A DNA stretch of 64,000 nt from an uncultured delta proteobacterium (GTDB lineage: Bacteria > Desulfobacterota > Binatia > HRBIN30 > BPIQ01): the NCBI GenBank assembly GCA_963761335.1, contig CAVXGR010000018.1, forward strand, positions 768,001 through 832,000, given 5' to 3'. Below the pieces are notes generated by a model, which was not told the origin of the DNA, ran no database searches, and saw only the letters and a program-made list of their open reading frames with translations. Every line of letters starts with the position of its first letter. The stretch's first letter is position 1. Positions 29,245 through 40,400 of the stretch are shown here, piece by piece. Position numbers and translations under genes: made by a program.

Positions 29245-31656
29245 ATGCAGGACTCGAGCCACGAGAACGGAGATTCGCGCAACAAAGGCGCTGGCCGGCG
29301 CACCGGCGATCTGTCTCTGCTCGAGGACATCACCGCCATCATCACCCAGTCGCGCGATCTGCGCGGCACCCTGGAGCGCATTGTCGAGCTGGTCGCCGAG
29401 CGCATGGATACCGAGGTCTGCTCGCTCTATCTGCGCGACGCCGGCGCCAAGCGCCTGACGCTGTGGGCTACCACGGGGCTGGACCGCGCCAGCGTCGGTA
29501 AGGTCAGCATGGCGTTGGACGAGGGCCTGGTCGGCTACGTCATCGAGCGCATGGAGCCGGTGATGGCCATCGATGCCATGGCGCACCCACGCTACAAGTA
29601 CTTCCCGGAGACGGGAGAGGAGCGCTATCACTCCTTTCTGGCGGTGCCGGTGGTCGAGCGGCAAGAGGCTTCTGGTGTCCTGGTGGTGCAGACCTCGCGG
29701 CGGCGCCGCTTCGGCCTGCGCGAGGTGCGGCTGCTGAAGACGATCGCCGGTCACGTCAGCGGCATCATCAGCCAGGCGCGCCTTCTGGAGACCCTGGAGA
29801 GCAAGGAGGAGGAGCGGCTGGCCATTCAGCGGCGGATGAGCGAGACGCTGCGCAAGCTCGAGGTCTATGAACGCCGTGAGGGCAAGGAAGGGCCCTCACC
29901 CGGCGCCGGCGCGCGGCTGTTGGGAATGGGCGCCTCGCCCGGATTCGCCATCGGCCGCGCTCATCTGTTGGAGAGCGCGGTGAGCTTTGCCGGCCTGCCG
30001 CAGCGCCGCAGCGGCTCGGCGCGCGAAGAGGTGGCGCGCTTCCGCGCCGCCGTCGAGCGCTCCATCGAGGAGATCGTCCGCTTCCGCGACCGCGTCTACG
30101 CCGACATCCCGGAGATCGACGCCGCCATCTTCGACGCCCATCGCCTGATGCTCGAGGACGAGAGCTTGCGCGAGAAGGTGGAGGCGCTCATCCGCAGTGG
30201 CTGCAGCGCCGAGGCGGGGCTGGAGCGGGCCATCGAGGAGTACATGCAGCGCTTCCGCGACATGAGCGATGCCTATCTCCGCGAGCGCGCCCTGGACATC
30301 AAGGACATCGGCCAGCGGGTGCTGCGCAACCTCCTGGGGGTGCGGGAGCGGGAGCGGAGCTTCGCCAGCGGTGTGATCCTGGTGGCCACCGAGCTGGTGC
30401 TCTCCGATCTGGCGCTGATCGAGCAGGCCCAGCTGAAAGGCATCGTGCTGGCCACCGGCGGCCTCACCTCGCACGCCTCCATCCTGGCGCGCTCGCTGGA
30501 GATCCCGACGGTGATCGGCATCGAGCATCTCGAGGAGACGGTGCGCGAGGGGGACCACCTCACCGTCGACGGCAATGCCGGCGTGGTGTTCGTCAACCCG
30601 CCCACCGACATCGTGCGCGAGTACGAGCGCCTCGACCGCGAGTATCGCGCCTTCAATCGAGAGCTCGGCACTCTGCGCGACCTGCCGGCGGAGACCAGGG
30701 ACGGCAAGCGCCTGAATCTGCAGGCAAACATCGTGCTGCTCAGCGATCTCGCCTTCGCCCGCCAACACGGCGCCGACGGTGTCGGCCTCTACCGCACCGA
30801 GTTTCCCTTCCTGTCGCACCGCGACTTCCTCACCGAAGCCGAGCAGGTGGATCTCTACACCCGGGTCCTGGAGCGCATGGAGGGGAAGCCGGTCACCATC
30901 CGAACGCTCGATCTGGGGGCGGACAAGTACCCGGCGTACCTCCACGTTCCGCGCGAGGAGAACCCCTTTCTCGGCTGGCGCTCGATTCGCATCTCGCTGG
31001 AGATGTCGGAGGTGTTCAAGACGCAGCTGCGCGCCATTTTGCGGGTGAGCGCTCTCGGCCCGGTGCGCCTGATGTTCCCGATGATCTCCAGTGTGGACGA
31101 GCTGCGGCGCGTCAAGGACATCCTCGACGAGGCCCGCTTCGAGCTCCGCCAGCAGGGACAGCCCTACGATCTCGAGCTGCCGGTCGGCATCATGGTCGAG
31201 GTGCCCTCCGCGGTCAGCCTGGCGGCGGAGCTCATCCGCGAGACCGACTTCTTCTCCATCGGCACCAACGATCTGATTCAGTACCTGCTCGCCGTCGACC
31301 GCAACAACCGCAAGGTGGCGCCGCTGTACGAGCCCCTGCACCCGGCCGTGTTGCGCGCCATCGCCGCCACCACGCGCGCCGCCCAGGAGGCCGGCAAGCC
31401 GGTGTCGATCTGCGGCGAGATGGCCGGTGACCCGGTCTGCACGCTGCTGCTGCTCGGCATCGGCCTGAACGACCTGAGCATGGGGCCTTTCTTCATCCCG
31501 GTGATCAAGCGGCTCATCCGCTCCGTCGACTTCAGCAATGCCGAGCAGCTGGCTCAAGACGTCCTGCGCCTGCCAACGGTGAAGGAGGTGAAGAGCCACG
31601 TCTTCGAGGCCATGCGCTCCCTCGGCGTGGTCGACGTCATGGAGATGTACCACTGA
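29245..31656 (+). CDS. ptsP: GAF-containing PEP-protein phosphotransferase (EI-Ntr)
   Basis: N-terminal GAF (EVCSLYL, GEERYHSFL); TSHASI phospho-His motif; GLYRTEF, EENPFLGWR and FSIGTNDL. Confidence 0.93.
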   Translation: MQDSSHENGDSRNKGAGRRTGDLSLLEDITAIITQSRDLRGTLERIVELVAERMDTEVCSLYLRDAGAKRLTLWATTGLDRASVGKVSMALDEGLVGYVIERMEPVMAIDAMAHPRYKYFPETGEERYHSFLAVPVVERQEASGVLVVQTSRRRRFGLREVRLLKTIAGHVSGIISQARLLETLESKEEERLAIQRRMSETLRKLEVYERREGKEGPSPGAGARLLGMGASPGFAIGRAHLLESAVSFAGLPQRRSGSAREEVARFRAAVERSIEEIVRFRDRVYADIPEIDAAIFDAHRLMLEDESLREKVEALIRSGCSAEAGLERAIEEYMQRFRDMSDAYLRERALDIKDIGQRVLRNLLGVRERERSFASGVILVATELVLSDLALIEQAQLKGIVLATGGLTSHASILARSLEIPTVIGIEHLEETVREGDHLTVDGNAGVVFVNPPTDIVREYERLDREYRAFNRELGTLRDLPAETRDGKRLNLQANIVLLSDLAFARQHGADGVGLYRTEFPFLSHRDFLTEAEQVDLYTRVLERMEGKPVTIRTLDLGADKYPAYLHVPREENPFLGWRSIRISLEMSEVFKTQLRAILRVSALGPVRLMFPMISSVDELRRVKDILDEARFELRQQGQPYDLELPVGIMVEVPSAVSLAAELIRETDFFSIGTNDLIQYLLAVDRNNRKVAPLYEPLHPAVLRAIAATTRAAQEAGKPVSICGEMAGDPVCTLLLLGIGLNDLSMGPFFIPVIKRLIRSVDFSNAEQLAQDVLRLPTVKEVKSHVFEAMRSLGVVDVMEMYH

Positions 31657-31661
31657 GAGCG

Positions 31662-31748
31662 TTGCTCGGTGGCTCAGTTTCTCAGTTTCTCAGTTGAAGA
31701 GGCTAACTGAGCCACCGAGCCACCGAGAAACCGATCCACCGTGCCACT
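31662..31748. repeat. Octamer-periodic palindromic repeat
   Basis: ttgctcgg tggctcag tttctcag tttctcag ... ctgagcca ccgagcca ccgagaaa ccgatcca. Confidence 0.7.
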
Positions 31749-31756
31749 ATCTTCGT

Positions 31757-32275
31757 TCAGCTCCTCGACCGAAAGGTCAGGAAGAAGATGATAACCTCGA
31801 GGACGATGACCAGGGCGAGGAGAATGGCGCTGCTGAGGCGGAAGCTCTCGACGCTCTCGCTGACCGCCTGCACGTCCTCGCGCGCCTGGGCGACGTCCGC
31901 TTTGAGGCCGCTGCTCTCCACGTAGAGGCCGCGGAGCAGCTCCCGCAGCTCCTCGTGCGACTGCTTGCGGGCCTCCTGCGCCGCCGGCTCGGCCTCGCGC
32001 TGGCGGCGCTGCTCTTCGGTCAGCTCCCCCAGCCGATCGCTCAGCTGGCGGATCTGCTCGCGCAGCTGCTGGAGCTCGGTGCCCGGGGTCTGCTGACCCT
32101 GGCCGACATCCTCGACCGGCTTGGCGACGTCGGGGCGCGGCTTCGGCGCCTCGGCCCCCCGGGTAGGAGTGGAGGGCAGCGCCACCACCATGCTGCTCAA
32201 CAGGATGCCGAACCAGACCCCCCACTGCCCTGCTCGCACAGACACGCCCTCCGCCGCGTCTTGTATGCGATGCAT
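31757..32275 (-). CDS. Hypothetical exported coiled-coil protein with a C-terminal TM anchor
   Basis: Hydrophobic N-terminal segment, heptad-rich middle, C-terminal AILLALVIVLEVIIFFL; start uncertain. Confidence 0.6.
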   Translation of the reverse strand: MHRIQDAAEGVSVRAGQWGVWFGILLSSMVVALPSTPTRGAEAPKPRPDVAKPVEDVGQGQQTPGTELQQLREQIRQLSDRLGELTEEQRRQREAEPAAQEARKQSHEELRELLRGLYVESSGLKADVAQAREDVQAVSESVESFRLSSAILLALVIVLEVIIFFLTFRSRS

Positions 32276-32371
32276 CGGCGATTCGTCAATTGCGCTTCCC
32301 GGCGGCGCGCAGCGCCATCGCTTGCGTTCGCAAATAGAGTGCTTCTGCAATCCTTTCGGGAGATTCGTATC

Positions 32372-32401
32372 TTGACAAGTATTCGCCGACTCTACTAAAC
32401 C
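32372..32401 (+). promoter_or_regulatory. Possible sigma70-type promoter for the surface-protein locus
   Basis: Perfect TTGACA at 32372 followed by an AT-richer tactaaac segment; the -10 match is weak. Confidence 0.35.
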
Positions 32402-32487
32402 CCCGAACTGGCACTGCTAGGGGGGCCGCCACAGGGCCCGTCACGGAAGCGACCGAGATTGTTGGCACTGGAGTAGAGGAGGGTGAA

Positions 32488-33855
32488 ATGAAGCGAGTCT
32501 TGTGTCTGCTGTTGGGCGCCCCGGCGATTGCCGGGCTCGTCTTTCTGTCCGGCTGTGGCGACGGCGTCGAGCCGCGCCCCGCCACTCCAACGGTCCCGGC
32601 GACCCAAACGCCGATTCCGCCGACCAACACGCCGGCGCTGACGGTGACGCCGAAACCGACCGATACCCCGTCCGGTCCCACCGTTCCCCCGACCCCGACC
32701 GCCACCGGCTCTCCCCCTGTGGCCGTCTGCGGCAACGGCGTCATGGAGGGCAGCGAAGAGTGCGACGACGGCAACAACTACGGCGCTGACGGCTGTGCCG
32801 CCAACTGCACCTTGGAGCAGAAGATCACCTTGGATCTCGGCATTCCGAACTGTGTCGGCGGGGAGTTCGACGGCGTCGCCTGCGATGCCTCGCAGCCCAA
32901 CTTCGGCTGCAGCACCGGTACGTGTGGCTCGACCAGCCTGACGGTAGTCCACTCTACTCTGATCAACATCTACCTCCTCATATCCGGCATGCAGAGCTTC
33001 GAGATCGGTGGCATTACCGGGGCTGGCGGGACAACCGGCGCCGATGGCTTCACGGATTTCAACGAGGGCGAGATCCCGGTGGCCGCGAATGTGACGGACA
33101 GCAAGCTCGACACCATTCCGATCCCGGGTATCGGCTGCGCCTGTGTTCGCGGGCGGCCCGTGAAGAGCTGCGGAGGGCGGCCACTGCTTCCTGGCAACGG
33201 AATCGTCGACTGCACCGCCACCTGCGAGGGCGGTGACGAGGACGGGCTGTTCTGCGACCCAGAGGGTGGTGCGGGAAGTACGTGCCCCGGTGGCACTTGC
33301 ATGGCCAGGGATTCGCTGTGCGATGGCACCGATCAGGGCGCCTGCGCTTTCACTCACGGGTCAGGTAGATCGGCCTCTGGCGTGTTCGGCTGCAACGGTC
33401 TGACCGACATCGATTACGCCGTCACCCTGGACAGCACGGATACGAACGAGGCGACTCGCTCGACGTTCACGCGCAGCGGCGGCCAAGCGCCGGCAGGGTC
33501 AGCCTTCATCCTCAACAGCACGGCGATCGGCACGATCACCGGCAACTGCAGCAACGGCTCGGGCAACCCCGGGCTGGGTCCCGATGGCATCGCCTGCACG
33601 CCCGACGATCCGGCCCAGGGGCAGACCACAACCATTCCGCAGACCACCGGATCGGTGGCGGCCACGCTGACCCACGCCAACAACATGCCGAATGGGCAGA
33701 CCCTGTCGTGTACCGACCAGGGCAGTCCGGTCAGCAGCTGCGAGGCTCTCCTCGCCGGCAACGCCAGCGGCGCCGCCTTGGCGAACGCCTTCAACAGCGA
33801 GGACGTGGCCATTGTCGGCGACATTGCCGTCTGCGGGAAGTTCGTGGCGCAGTGA
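32488..33855 (+). CDS. Cys-rich lipoprotein: PT linker, myxobacterial Cys-rich (DUF4215-like) repeat, divergent 'domain B'
   Basis: GAGGAGG RBS; LSGC lipobox; CGNGVMEGSEECDDGN..DGCAANC; GPDGIACTPDD and the C-terminus resemble those of the 40910/44953/48119 proteins. Confidence 0.85.
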   Translation: MKRVLCLLLGAPAIAGLVFLSGCGDGVEPRPATPTVPATQTPIPPTNTPALTVTPKPTDTPSGPTVPPTPTATGSPPVAVCGNGVMEGSEECDDGNNYGADGCAANCTLEQKITLDLGIPNCVGGEFDGVACDASQPNFGCSTGTCGSTSLTVVHSTLINIYLLISGMQSFEIGGITGAGGTTGADGFTDFNEGEIPVAANVTDSKLDTIPIPGIGCACVRGRPVKSCGGRPLLPGNGIVDCTATCEGGDEDGLFCDPEGGAGSTCPGGTCMARDSLCDGTDQGACAFTHGSGRSASGVFGCNGLTDIDYAVTLDSTDTNEATRSTFTRSGGQAPAGSAFILNSTAIGTITGNCSNGSGNPGLGPDGIACTPDDPAQGQTTTIPQTTGSVAATLTHANNMPNGQTLSCTDQGSPVSSCEALLAGNASGAALANAFNSEDVAIVGDIAVCGKFVAQ

Positions 33856-33865
33856 CGCAGCAAAC

Positions 33866-33895
33866 GTCCGGGGGTGGTTCAATCCACCCCCGGAC
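33866..33895 (+). terminator. Stable hairpin after the lipoprotein gene
   Basis: gtccgggggtgg-ttcaat-ccacccccggac, 12-bp stem; weak U tract. Confidence 0.55.
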
Positions 33896-33943
33896 TCATT
33901 CCTTCCGCAATTTGGGTGCAGGGATGAGGGGGGTGTTCTTCGC

Positions 33944-34588
33944 GTGAATCGAGCGGATCATGCCTGGCTGCGGTCGATAGCCCGTCTCGCCATCGCCGCT
34001 GCGGTTGTCGCCATCGCCGCTTTCCCCTGCGGCGCGCAGGCCCAGAAAATGGCGCCTGACGGGGCCAGAACGGCTTTGCCAGATGGATTCGGCAAGGCCA
34101 AGCTGGGAATGTCGCCGCAGGAGGTCGCCAAGCTGTATCCGGAGCTGAAGAAGCTCGACCGGGAAGTTCTGGGTGCGACGCCAGTGTTCAGTCCCTTTGT
34201 GGTGCGGCAGCTCATCCCGTCGGTGGCACTTGCAGGTGCGCCTCACCCGGTCCCCGTCGAGCTGCGCTACTGGAAGGACAAGCTCTGGGTGATCATCGTC
34301 TACAACGGCCAGAACTCCGACGAGCAGATGACCGACGCCTTTACGGCGCTGTGCGGTAAGCCGTCTGCGGACAAGCCCGGCCCGGCGTGGTTTGGGGAGA
34401 AGGTGTCGATCTCCTCGGCGCCGAAGCAACACTGGTACGCGCTGGCGGACAACGCCCTGAGCAAACAAGCGCAAGAGCTCTTCGCCGAGGAAATGGCCAG
34501 GCAGCGTCAGATGGCGGCGCGCCGTGGCGCCGCAGCGGTGCCGGCAGCCTCGGCGCCGGCGGCGGCCGCCGAGTCAGGGGGGAAGTAA
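33944..34588 (+). CDS. Hypothetical exported protein
   Basis: Signal peptide ending AQA; GFGKAKLGMS motif; GTG start inferred. Confidence 0.65.
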   Translation: MNRADHAWLRSIARLAIAAAVVAIAAFPCGAQAQKMAPDGARTALPDGFGKAKLGMSPQEVAKLYPELKKLDREVLGATPVFSPFVVRQLIPSVALAGAPHPVPVELRYWKDKLWVIIVYNGQNSDEQMTDAFTALCGKPSADKPGPAWFGEKVSISSAPKQHWYALADNALSKQAQELFAEEMARQRQMAARRGAAAVPAASAPAAAAESGGK

Positions 34589-34752
34589 TGCGACCGGGCG
34601 CTCGGAGGCCGCGAGGTCGCGCCGCGGACTCGCGAGTTTCTTCTGCATTGAAGATACGTTGGAGCAATTCAGGTCTTGACGGAGTTGTCGGGGCAGTGGT
34701 AGCGAGCAAGGTGCTCGTGCTGCGCTCTTGTTGCCTTCCGGGAGGTGTGTGA

Positions 34753-37341
34753 ATGAAGCGGCGAATCTCAGTCCGATCTGGAATCTTCCTATCCCTGCTT
34801 CTCTCTGCGGCGATGCTCGCCGGTTGCGGCGGCGACTCCGAGGTGACCGTCGTCCAGCCGATTCCGGTGACGGTGTCCGGTCAGGTGCAGCTGCCGCCCG
34901 CTTCGTTGGCACAGGCGCCGTCCTGGATCCGCCGCATCGCGGAGATCGTGGTGGCGCGCGCCGAGGCATTGATGGGCATCGCTCCGGCACCGAACGTCGA
35001 GGTCGACGCCGTCGGCGCCACCGACTCCGATCTGATCTCCCCCGAGGCCACTGGAGTTCTGCAGCCGGTCGGCGTGACGCTGACCGACGCCGACGGAGTC
35101 TACTCCGTGCCGATCGGTGAGCTGTCCCTCGACGGCTGCAACGGCGATGCCCAGCGTGTCGTCGTTCTCGCCCGCGCCGGCGGGATTACCCGCGCCTTCG
35201 CGTCGCGCCAGACCAGCGTCGACATCAACGCCGCCAGTGAGGCCGTGGTTCGCCTGGTGGCCGAGCGCATCACCGCCGATCCCGGCCTGAGCATCTGCGA
35301 TCTCACCAATGCCGAGATCGACAACATCCAGGGCGCCGTTTCGACGGCCACACTCGACGTCTCGGGCGCCACGGTCGACGAGATCAACAACAACGCCTTC
35401 GAGGCTGCGGCCGCGGACGAGGCGGTCAACGCCGCCCTCGACGCCGCCTTCGGAACCACAGGCTCGCCCACGCCGACGGCGACGCCGACCACCACCGGCA
35501 CCCCGGCAACGGCGTCGCCGACGGTCACCGCCGGGGCGGCGACGCAGACGCCGGTCGAGACACAGACCGGCGGCCCGACGGAAACCGCGGTCCCCGCGAC
35601 TTCTACTCCGATCTCGACCTTCACCCGCACGCCGACGATGCCGGTGGTGATGTTCACCTTCACTCCTACTTCGACGATGGTGCCGGTCACCCCGCCCACC
35701 GAGACGGAGACGCCGGCGCCGACCGAGACTCCCACTCCGGGACCGGAGATCGCCATCGGCACCGCCAGCGGCAACCCGGGCGATACCGTCGAGGTGCCGC
35801 TCTCGCTGCAGAGCAATGGCCCCAACATCATTCTCATTGCACCTCTGGAGATCACCTTCGATCCGGACGTCCTGACCTTCACCACTTGCACCTCACTGCT
35901 CTCCGCCGACTACACGGTGCAGGCGGCCAACCCCGACTCGGGCCTGCTGCGCTTGGTCGTGCAGTCGGGCGCCAACCTGGTGATTCCCGACGGCGAGTTC
36001 GCCACCTGCAGCTTCGAGATCGCAGCCTCGGCGACCCCGGGCGCGACCACGACTGTCGGCTTCCAGGCGGCCGGCATGAGCGACGACAACTTCAACGACA
36101 TCACCGGCTCCGGCGTCGACGGCTCGGTAACGGTCGCTGGCGGCGCCACGGAGACGCCGACGGAGACCGCTGTGGTGGAGACATCGACTCCCACTGTCGG
36201 TGGGCCCACGGAGACGGTCACGCCGATGGCCACGGCGACGCAGGCGCCGAACCTGCCCTCGATTACTATCGGTACGGCGAACGGCGACCCGGGTACAATG
36301 GTCTCGGTGCCGGTTTCCCTGAACAGCAACGGTGTCGACATCATCCTGATCGGGCCGCTCGAGTTCACCTTCGACCCGGCCGTCCTGACCTTCAACAACT
36401 GCACCTCCTCGCTGCCCGGTGATTACACGGTTCAAGCGGCGAACCCGGAAACGGGGTTGGTTCGTATGGTCATTCAGTCGGGGGCCAACCTCGTCATTCC
36501 GAACGACCAGTTGGCGACCTGCAGCTTCACCATCTCCGCCTCGGCAATGACAGGTACGACCACGCCGTTGACCTTCCAGGCGGCCGGGATGAGCGATGTG
36601 GACTTCAACGACATCACCGGGGCTGGCGTCAATGGCGAGGTTGGCATCGGCGCCGCCGCCGCGACGCCGACGGCCACGGTGACCGAGACCGCAGTGCCGG
36701 CTACCGAGACCGCAGTGCCGGCCACAGAGACCGCAGTGCCGGCCACAGAGACTGCGGTGCCGGCGACTGAGACTGCGGTGCCGGCGACTTCGGTGCCGGC
36801 GACCGAAACTGCGGTGCCGGCGACCGAGACTGCGGTGCCGGCGACCGAGACTGCGGTGCCGGCGACGGAGACTCCGGTGCCGCCGACCGCAACCGCGGTG
36901 CCGGCGACCCAGACGCCCACGGCGACCACCGGCATCTCCGGGCCCTCGATTGCCATTGGCTCCGGCACGGGAGCGCCAGGGGGAATGGCCTCGATACCGG
37001 TATCGCTGAGCAGCGGAGGCACCGACATCATCTTGATCGGGCCGCTCGAGTTCACCTTCGATTCTGCGGTGCTGACGTTCAACAGCTGCACCTCGTCGCT
37101 GCCGGGAAGCTACACGGTGCAGGCCGTTTCGCCGAGTGCGGGTCTGGTGCGCATGGTCATCCAGTCGGGGTCCAACCTGGTGATTCCCGACGGCGAGCTC
37201 GCCACCTGCAGCTTCACCATCGCCGCCTCGGCATCTGGCGGAACGATGACGCCGCTGATGTTCCAGGCGGCCGGGATGAGCGATGCGGACTTCAACGACA
37301 TCACCGCCGCGGGGACGGGCGGAATGGTCACCGTGGAGTGA
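34753..37341 (+). CDS. Scaffoldin-like lipoprotein with 3 cohesin domains
   Basis: LAGC lipobox; three ~130-aa repeats (IGxxxGxPGxxVxVPVSL...FDPxVL...DGELATCSF...GxVxV) at about 35746-36138, 36259-36651 and 36946-37338, separated by Thr/Pro linkers. Confidence 0.85.
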   Translation: MKRRISVRSGIFLSLLLSAAMLAGCGGDSEVTVVQPIPVTVSGQVQLPPASLAQAPSWIRRIAEIVVARAEALMGIAPAPNVEVDAVGATDSDLISPEATGVLQPVGVTLTDADGVYSVPIGELSLDGCNGDAQRVVVLARAGGITRAFASRQTSVDINAASEAVVRLVAERITADPGLSICDLTNAEIDNIQGAVSTATLDVSGATVDEINNNAFEAAAADEAVNAALDAAFGTTGSPTPTATPTTTGTPATASPTVTAGAATQTPVETQTGGPTETAVPATSTPISTFTRTPTMPVVMFTFTPTSTMVPVTPPTETETPAPTETPTPGPEIAIGTASGNPGDTVEVPLSLQSNGPNIILIAPLEITFDPDVLTFTTCTSLLSADYTVQAANPDSGLLRLVVQSGANLVIPDGEFATCSFEIAASATPGATTTVGFQAAGMSDDNFNDITGSGVDGSVTVAGGATETPTETAVVETSTPTVGGPTETVTPMATATQAPNLPSITIGTANGDPGTMVSVPVSLNSNGVDIILIGPLEFTFDPAVLTFNNCTSSLPGDYTVQAANPETGLVRMVIQSGANLVIPNDQLATCSFTISASAMTGTTTPLTFQAAGMSDVDFNDITGAGVNGEVGIGAAAATPTATVTETAVPATETAVPATETAVPATETAVPATETAVPATSVPATETAVPATETAVPATETAVPATETPVPPTATAVPATQTPTATTGISGPSIAIGSGTGAPGGMASIPVSLSSGGTDIILIGPLEFTFDSAVLTFNSCTSSLPGSYTVQAVSPSAGLVRMVIQSGSNLVIPDGELATCSFTIAASASGGTMTPLMFQAAGMSDADFNDITAAGTGGMVTVE
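36682..36885 (+). repeat. 21-nt coding tandem repeat (TETAVPA)n
   Basis: Five units, one 15-nt truncated unit, three units and one variant unit of acngagacYgcRgtgccggcn. Confidence 0.9.
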
Positions 37342-37414
37342 TCGTGCAAAGCGGCGGGCTCCGGCAGCGACGGCGCGCTTCGGTCAGTCTCGTAATGTGC
37401 TTGCGAGGGTGTGA

Positions 37415-40400
37415 ATGAAGCAGCGAATCTCAGCAGGGGCCCGTGCGCTGTTGCTGGTTGTGGTTTCGGCGGCGCTGCTTGCCGGTTGCGGCGGCAGCGC
37501 CGAGGTGCTGGTCACTCAGCCGGCGCCGTTGACGGTTGCCGGGCGCGTGCAGCTGCCGCCGGCGTCCTTTGCGCAGGCGCCGTCTTGGCTGCGCCGCTTC
37601 GCGGAGCTGGTTGTCGCCCGGGCCGAGGCCTTGATCGGCGTGGCGCCGGCGCCGAACGTGGGAGTTGTGGTCGTCGGCGTCTCCGACTCGGACCTCGCCT
37701 TTGGAGACGTGACGGCGCTGCCGGCAGTCGGCACCGGGTTCACCGACAGCGAAGGTCTCTACTCGGTGCCGGTCGGAGAGCTGGCCTTTGACGGATGCAA
37801 CGGCGACGGGCAGCGGATCCTCGCCTATACTCAGGCCGGGGGTCTGACCCGCGCTCTGGCGTTTCGGGAGACCAACGTCGATATCGACGCCAGCAGCGAA
37901 GCCGTCGTGCGACTGGTCGCCGAGCGGATTGCCGCAAACCCTCAGCTGAGCGTCTGCGACCTCTCGGACAGCGAGATCGAGAGCATTCTCATCGCCGTCG
38001 CCAATGCCAGCCTCGAGGTCTCCGGTGCCACGGCGGCCGAGATCAACGACAATGCCTTTGCGGCAGCGGCCGCGGATGCCACCGTCAACGCCACTCTCGA
38101 CTCCGCCTTCGGGGTGATCACGTCACCGACGCCGACGTCGACGCCGACCGGGACGAGGACCGCGGGAACGGCGTCGCCGACTGCGACGGCGACTGAGACG
38201 GCAGTCGAGTCGCCGACGGCGACACCGGCCGAGTCGGCGACCGCGACCCCGATTGCGGAAACCGCGACGCCGTCGGTGCCGGCGACCGCGAGCGCGACTT
38301 CGATCCCCACCTTCACGCGCACCCCCACCTCGCCGGCTTTCACTCCGACTTCGACGCGCACGGCGAGCGCCATGCCTTCGCCGACCCTCACCCAGGTGGA
38401 GTCGACCCCGACGCCAACCATGGTGAGCAATCCGTCGACGCCGACGGAGACGGCGCCGCTGCCCACCGTGACCAGCCCGCCGACCGCGCCTCCCACGATC
38501 ACGGCGACGGCGGAAGTGACGCCGACTCAAGCGGCGGGTCTGCCGTCGATCGTCCTGGGGGCGGCGAACGGCGAGCCGGGAAGCACCGTTTCGGTCCCGG
38601 TGTCGCTCGACAGCAACGGCATCGACATCATCTTGATCGGGCCGCTCGAGTTCACCTTCGACGATGCCGTGCTCACCTTCAACAGCTGTACCTCGTCGCT
38701 GCCCGCCGACTACACGGTCCAAGCGGCCAACCCCGAGACGGGATTGGTGCGCATGGTCATCCAGTCGGGGGCGAATCTCGTCATCCCGAACGGAGAGCTC
38801 GCCACCTGCAGCTTCACCATCTCGGCATCGGCTCAGCTCGGTACCTCATCGACGCTGGCCTTTCAGGCGGCGGGGATGAGCGACGCCGACTTCAACGATA
38901 TAACGGGCACAGGGGATGACGGCACCGTCGACATCGGCGCCGCCGAGACGCCGACTCCAACGACGACGAGCACCGTCGCGCTTGCGAGTGAAACGCCGAC
39001 GCACACCGCGGAGCCCACCGCGACGGCGACGGTTGCGGCAGCGACGGCGACGCCCACCGAGATGATGGCGAGCGGGCCGCAGATCGTGATCGACTCCGGG
39101 TCCGCGGCTCCGGGGGATGTGGTGAGCGTGGCGGTATCGCTGCAGAGCAACGGCACGAGCATCATTCTGATTGGGCCCCTGGAGTTCACCTTCGATCCGG
39201 CGGTGCTGACCTTCGGCAACTGCACATCGTCACTTTCAGCCGACTACACGGTCCAGGCGGCCAATCCCGACACGGGGTTGGTGCGCATGGTGATTCAGTC
39301 GGGGGCGAACCTGGTGATCCCGGACGGCCAGCTCGCCACTTGCAGCTTCACGGTGTCGGCCTCGGCCGATCTCGGAGCCATGACGCCACTGAGCTTCCAG
39401 GCGGCGGGCATGAGCGACGTCGATTTCAACGACATCACCGCGGGCGGCGTGAGCGGAGAGGTGACCGTGGGTAGTGCCGAGGCTTCGCCGACAGCCACCG
39501 AGCCGCCGGCGACGGCGACCGCGACCCAGCCGGCGGCGACCGCGACACCGACCGAGACCTCGGTACCGGCGACCGCGACTGAGACCTCGGGACCGCCTAC
39601 GGCGACGTCGGTACCGGCGACCGCCACCAGCACCGTGGCGCCGCCGGCTACCGAGACCTCGACTCCCGTTCCTCCGGCCACCGGGACGGCCACCGCCGTG
39701 CCGCCGAGCACCACGCCGACCGAGATGATGGCGAGTGGACCACAGATCGTCATCGGAGCCGGGGCCGCTGCTCCGGGCGAGATGGCGAGCGTGCCGGTTT
39801 CGCTGCAGAGCAACGGGCCCAGCATCATCCTCATCGGGCCGCTGGAGCTCACCTTCGATCCGGCGGTGCTGACCTTTGAGAGCTGCACCACGTCGCTGTC
39901 GGCCGACTATACGGTTCAGGCCGTCAGTCCCGAGACCGGGTTGGTACGCATGGTGATCCAGTCGGGGGCGAACCTGGTGATTCCGGATGGCGAGCTCGCC
40001 ACCTGCAGCTTCACGGTTTCCGCTTCGGCGGCTCTCGGGACGATGACGCCGTTGAACTTCCAGGCGGCGGGCTTGAGCGACGCCGACTTCAACGACCTCT
40101 CCGCCAGTGGCGTCAACGGCGAGGTGATGGTCGGCGGGGCAGCGGCAACGCCGACGGAGACCGAGGAGATTGCCACCGCGACGGCGACCCAGCCGCTGGC
40201 GACGCCGACGGAAACCGTGGTGCCGGCAACGGCGACCCAGCCCGCGGCGACGGCCACGGCCACGGAGACTTCGGTACCGCCGACGGCGACGAGCACAGCC
40301 CCGCCACCGGCCACCGAGACCAGCACGGCGGTCCCAGCGACGGAGACGCCGACGCAGCCATCGGGACCGCTGATCTCCATCGGCTCCGGGTCGGGTATGC

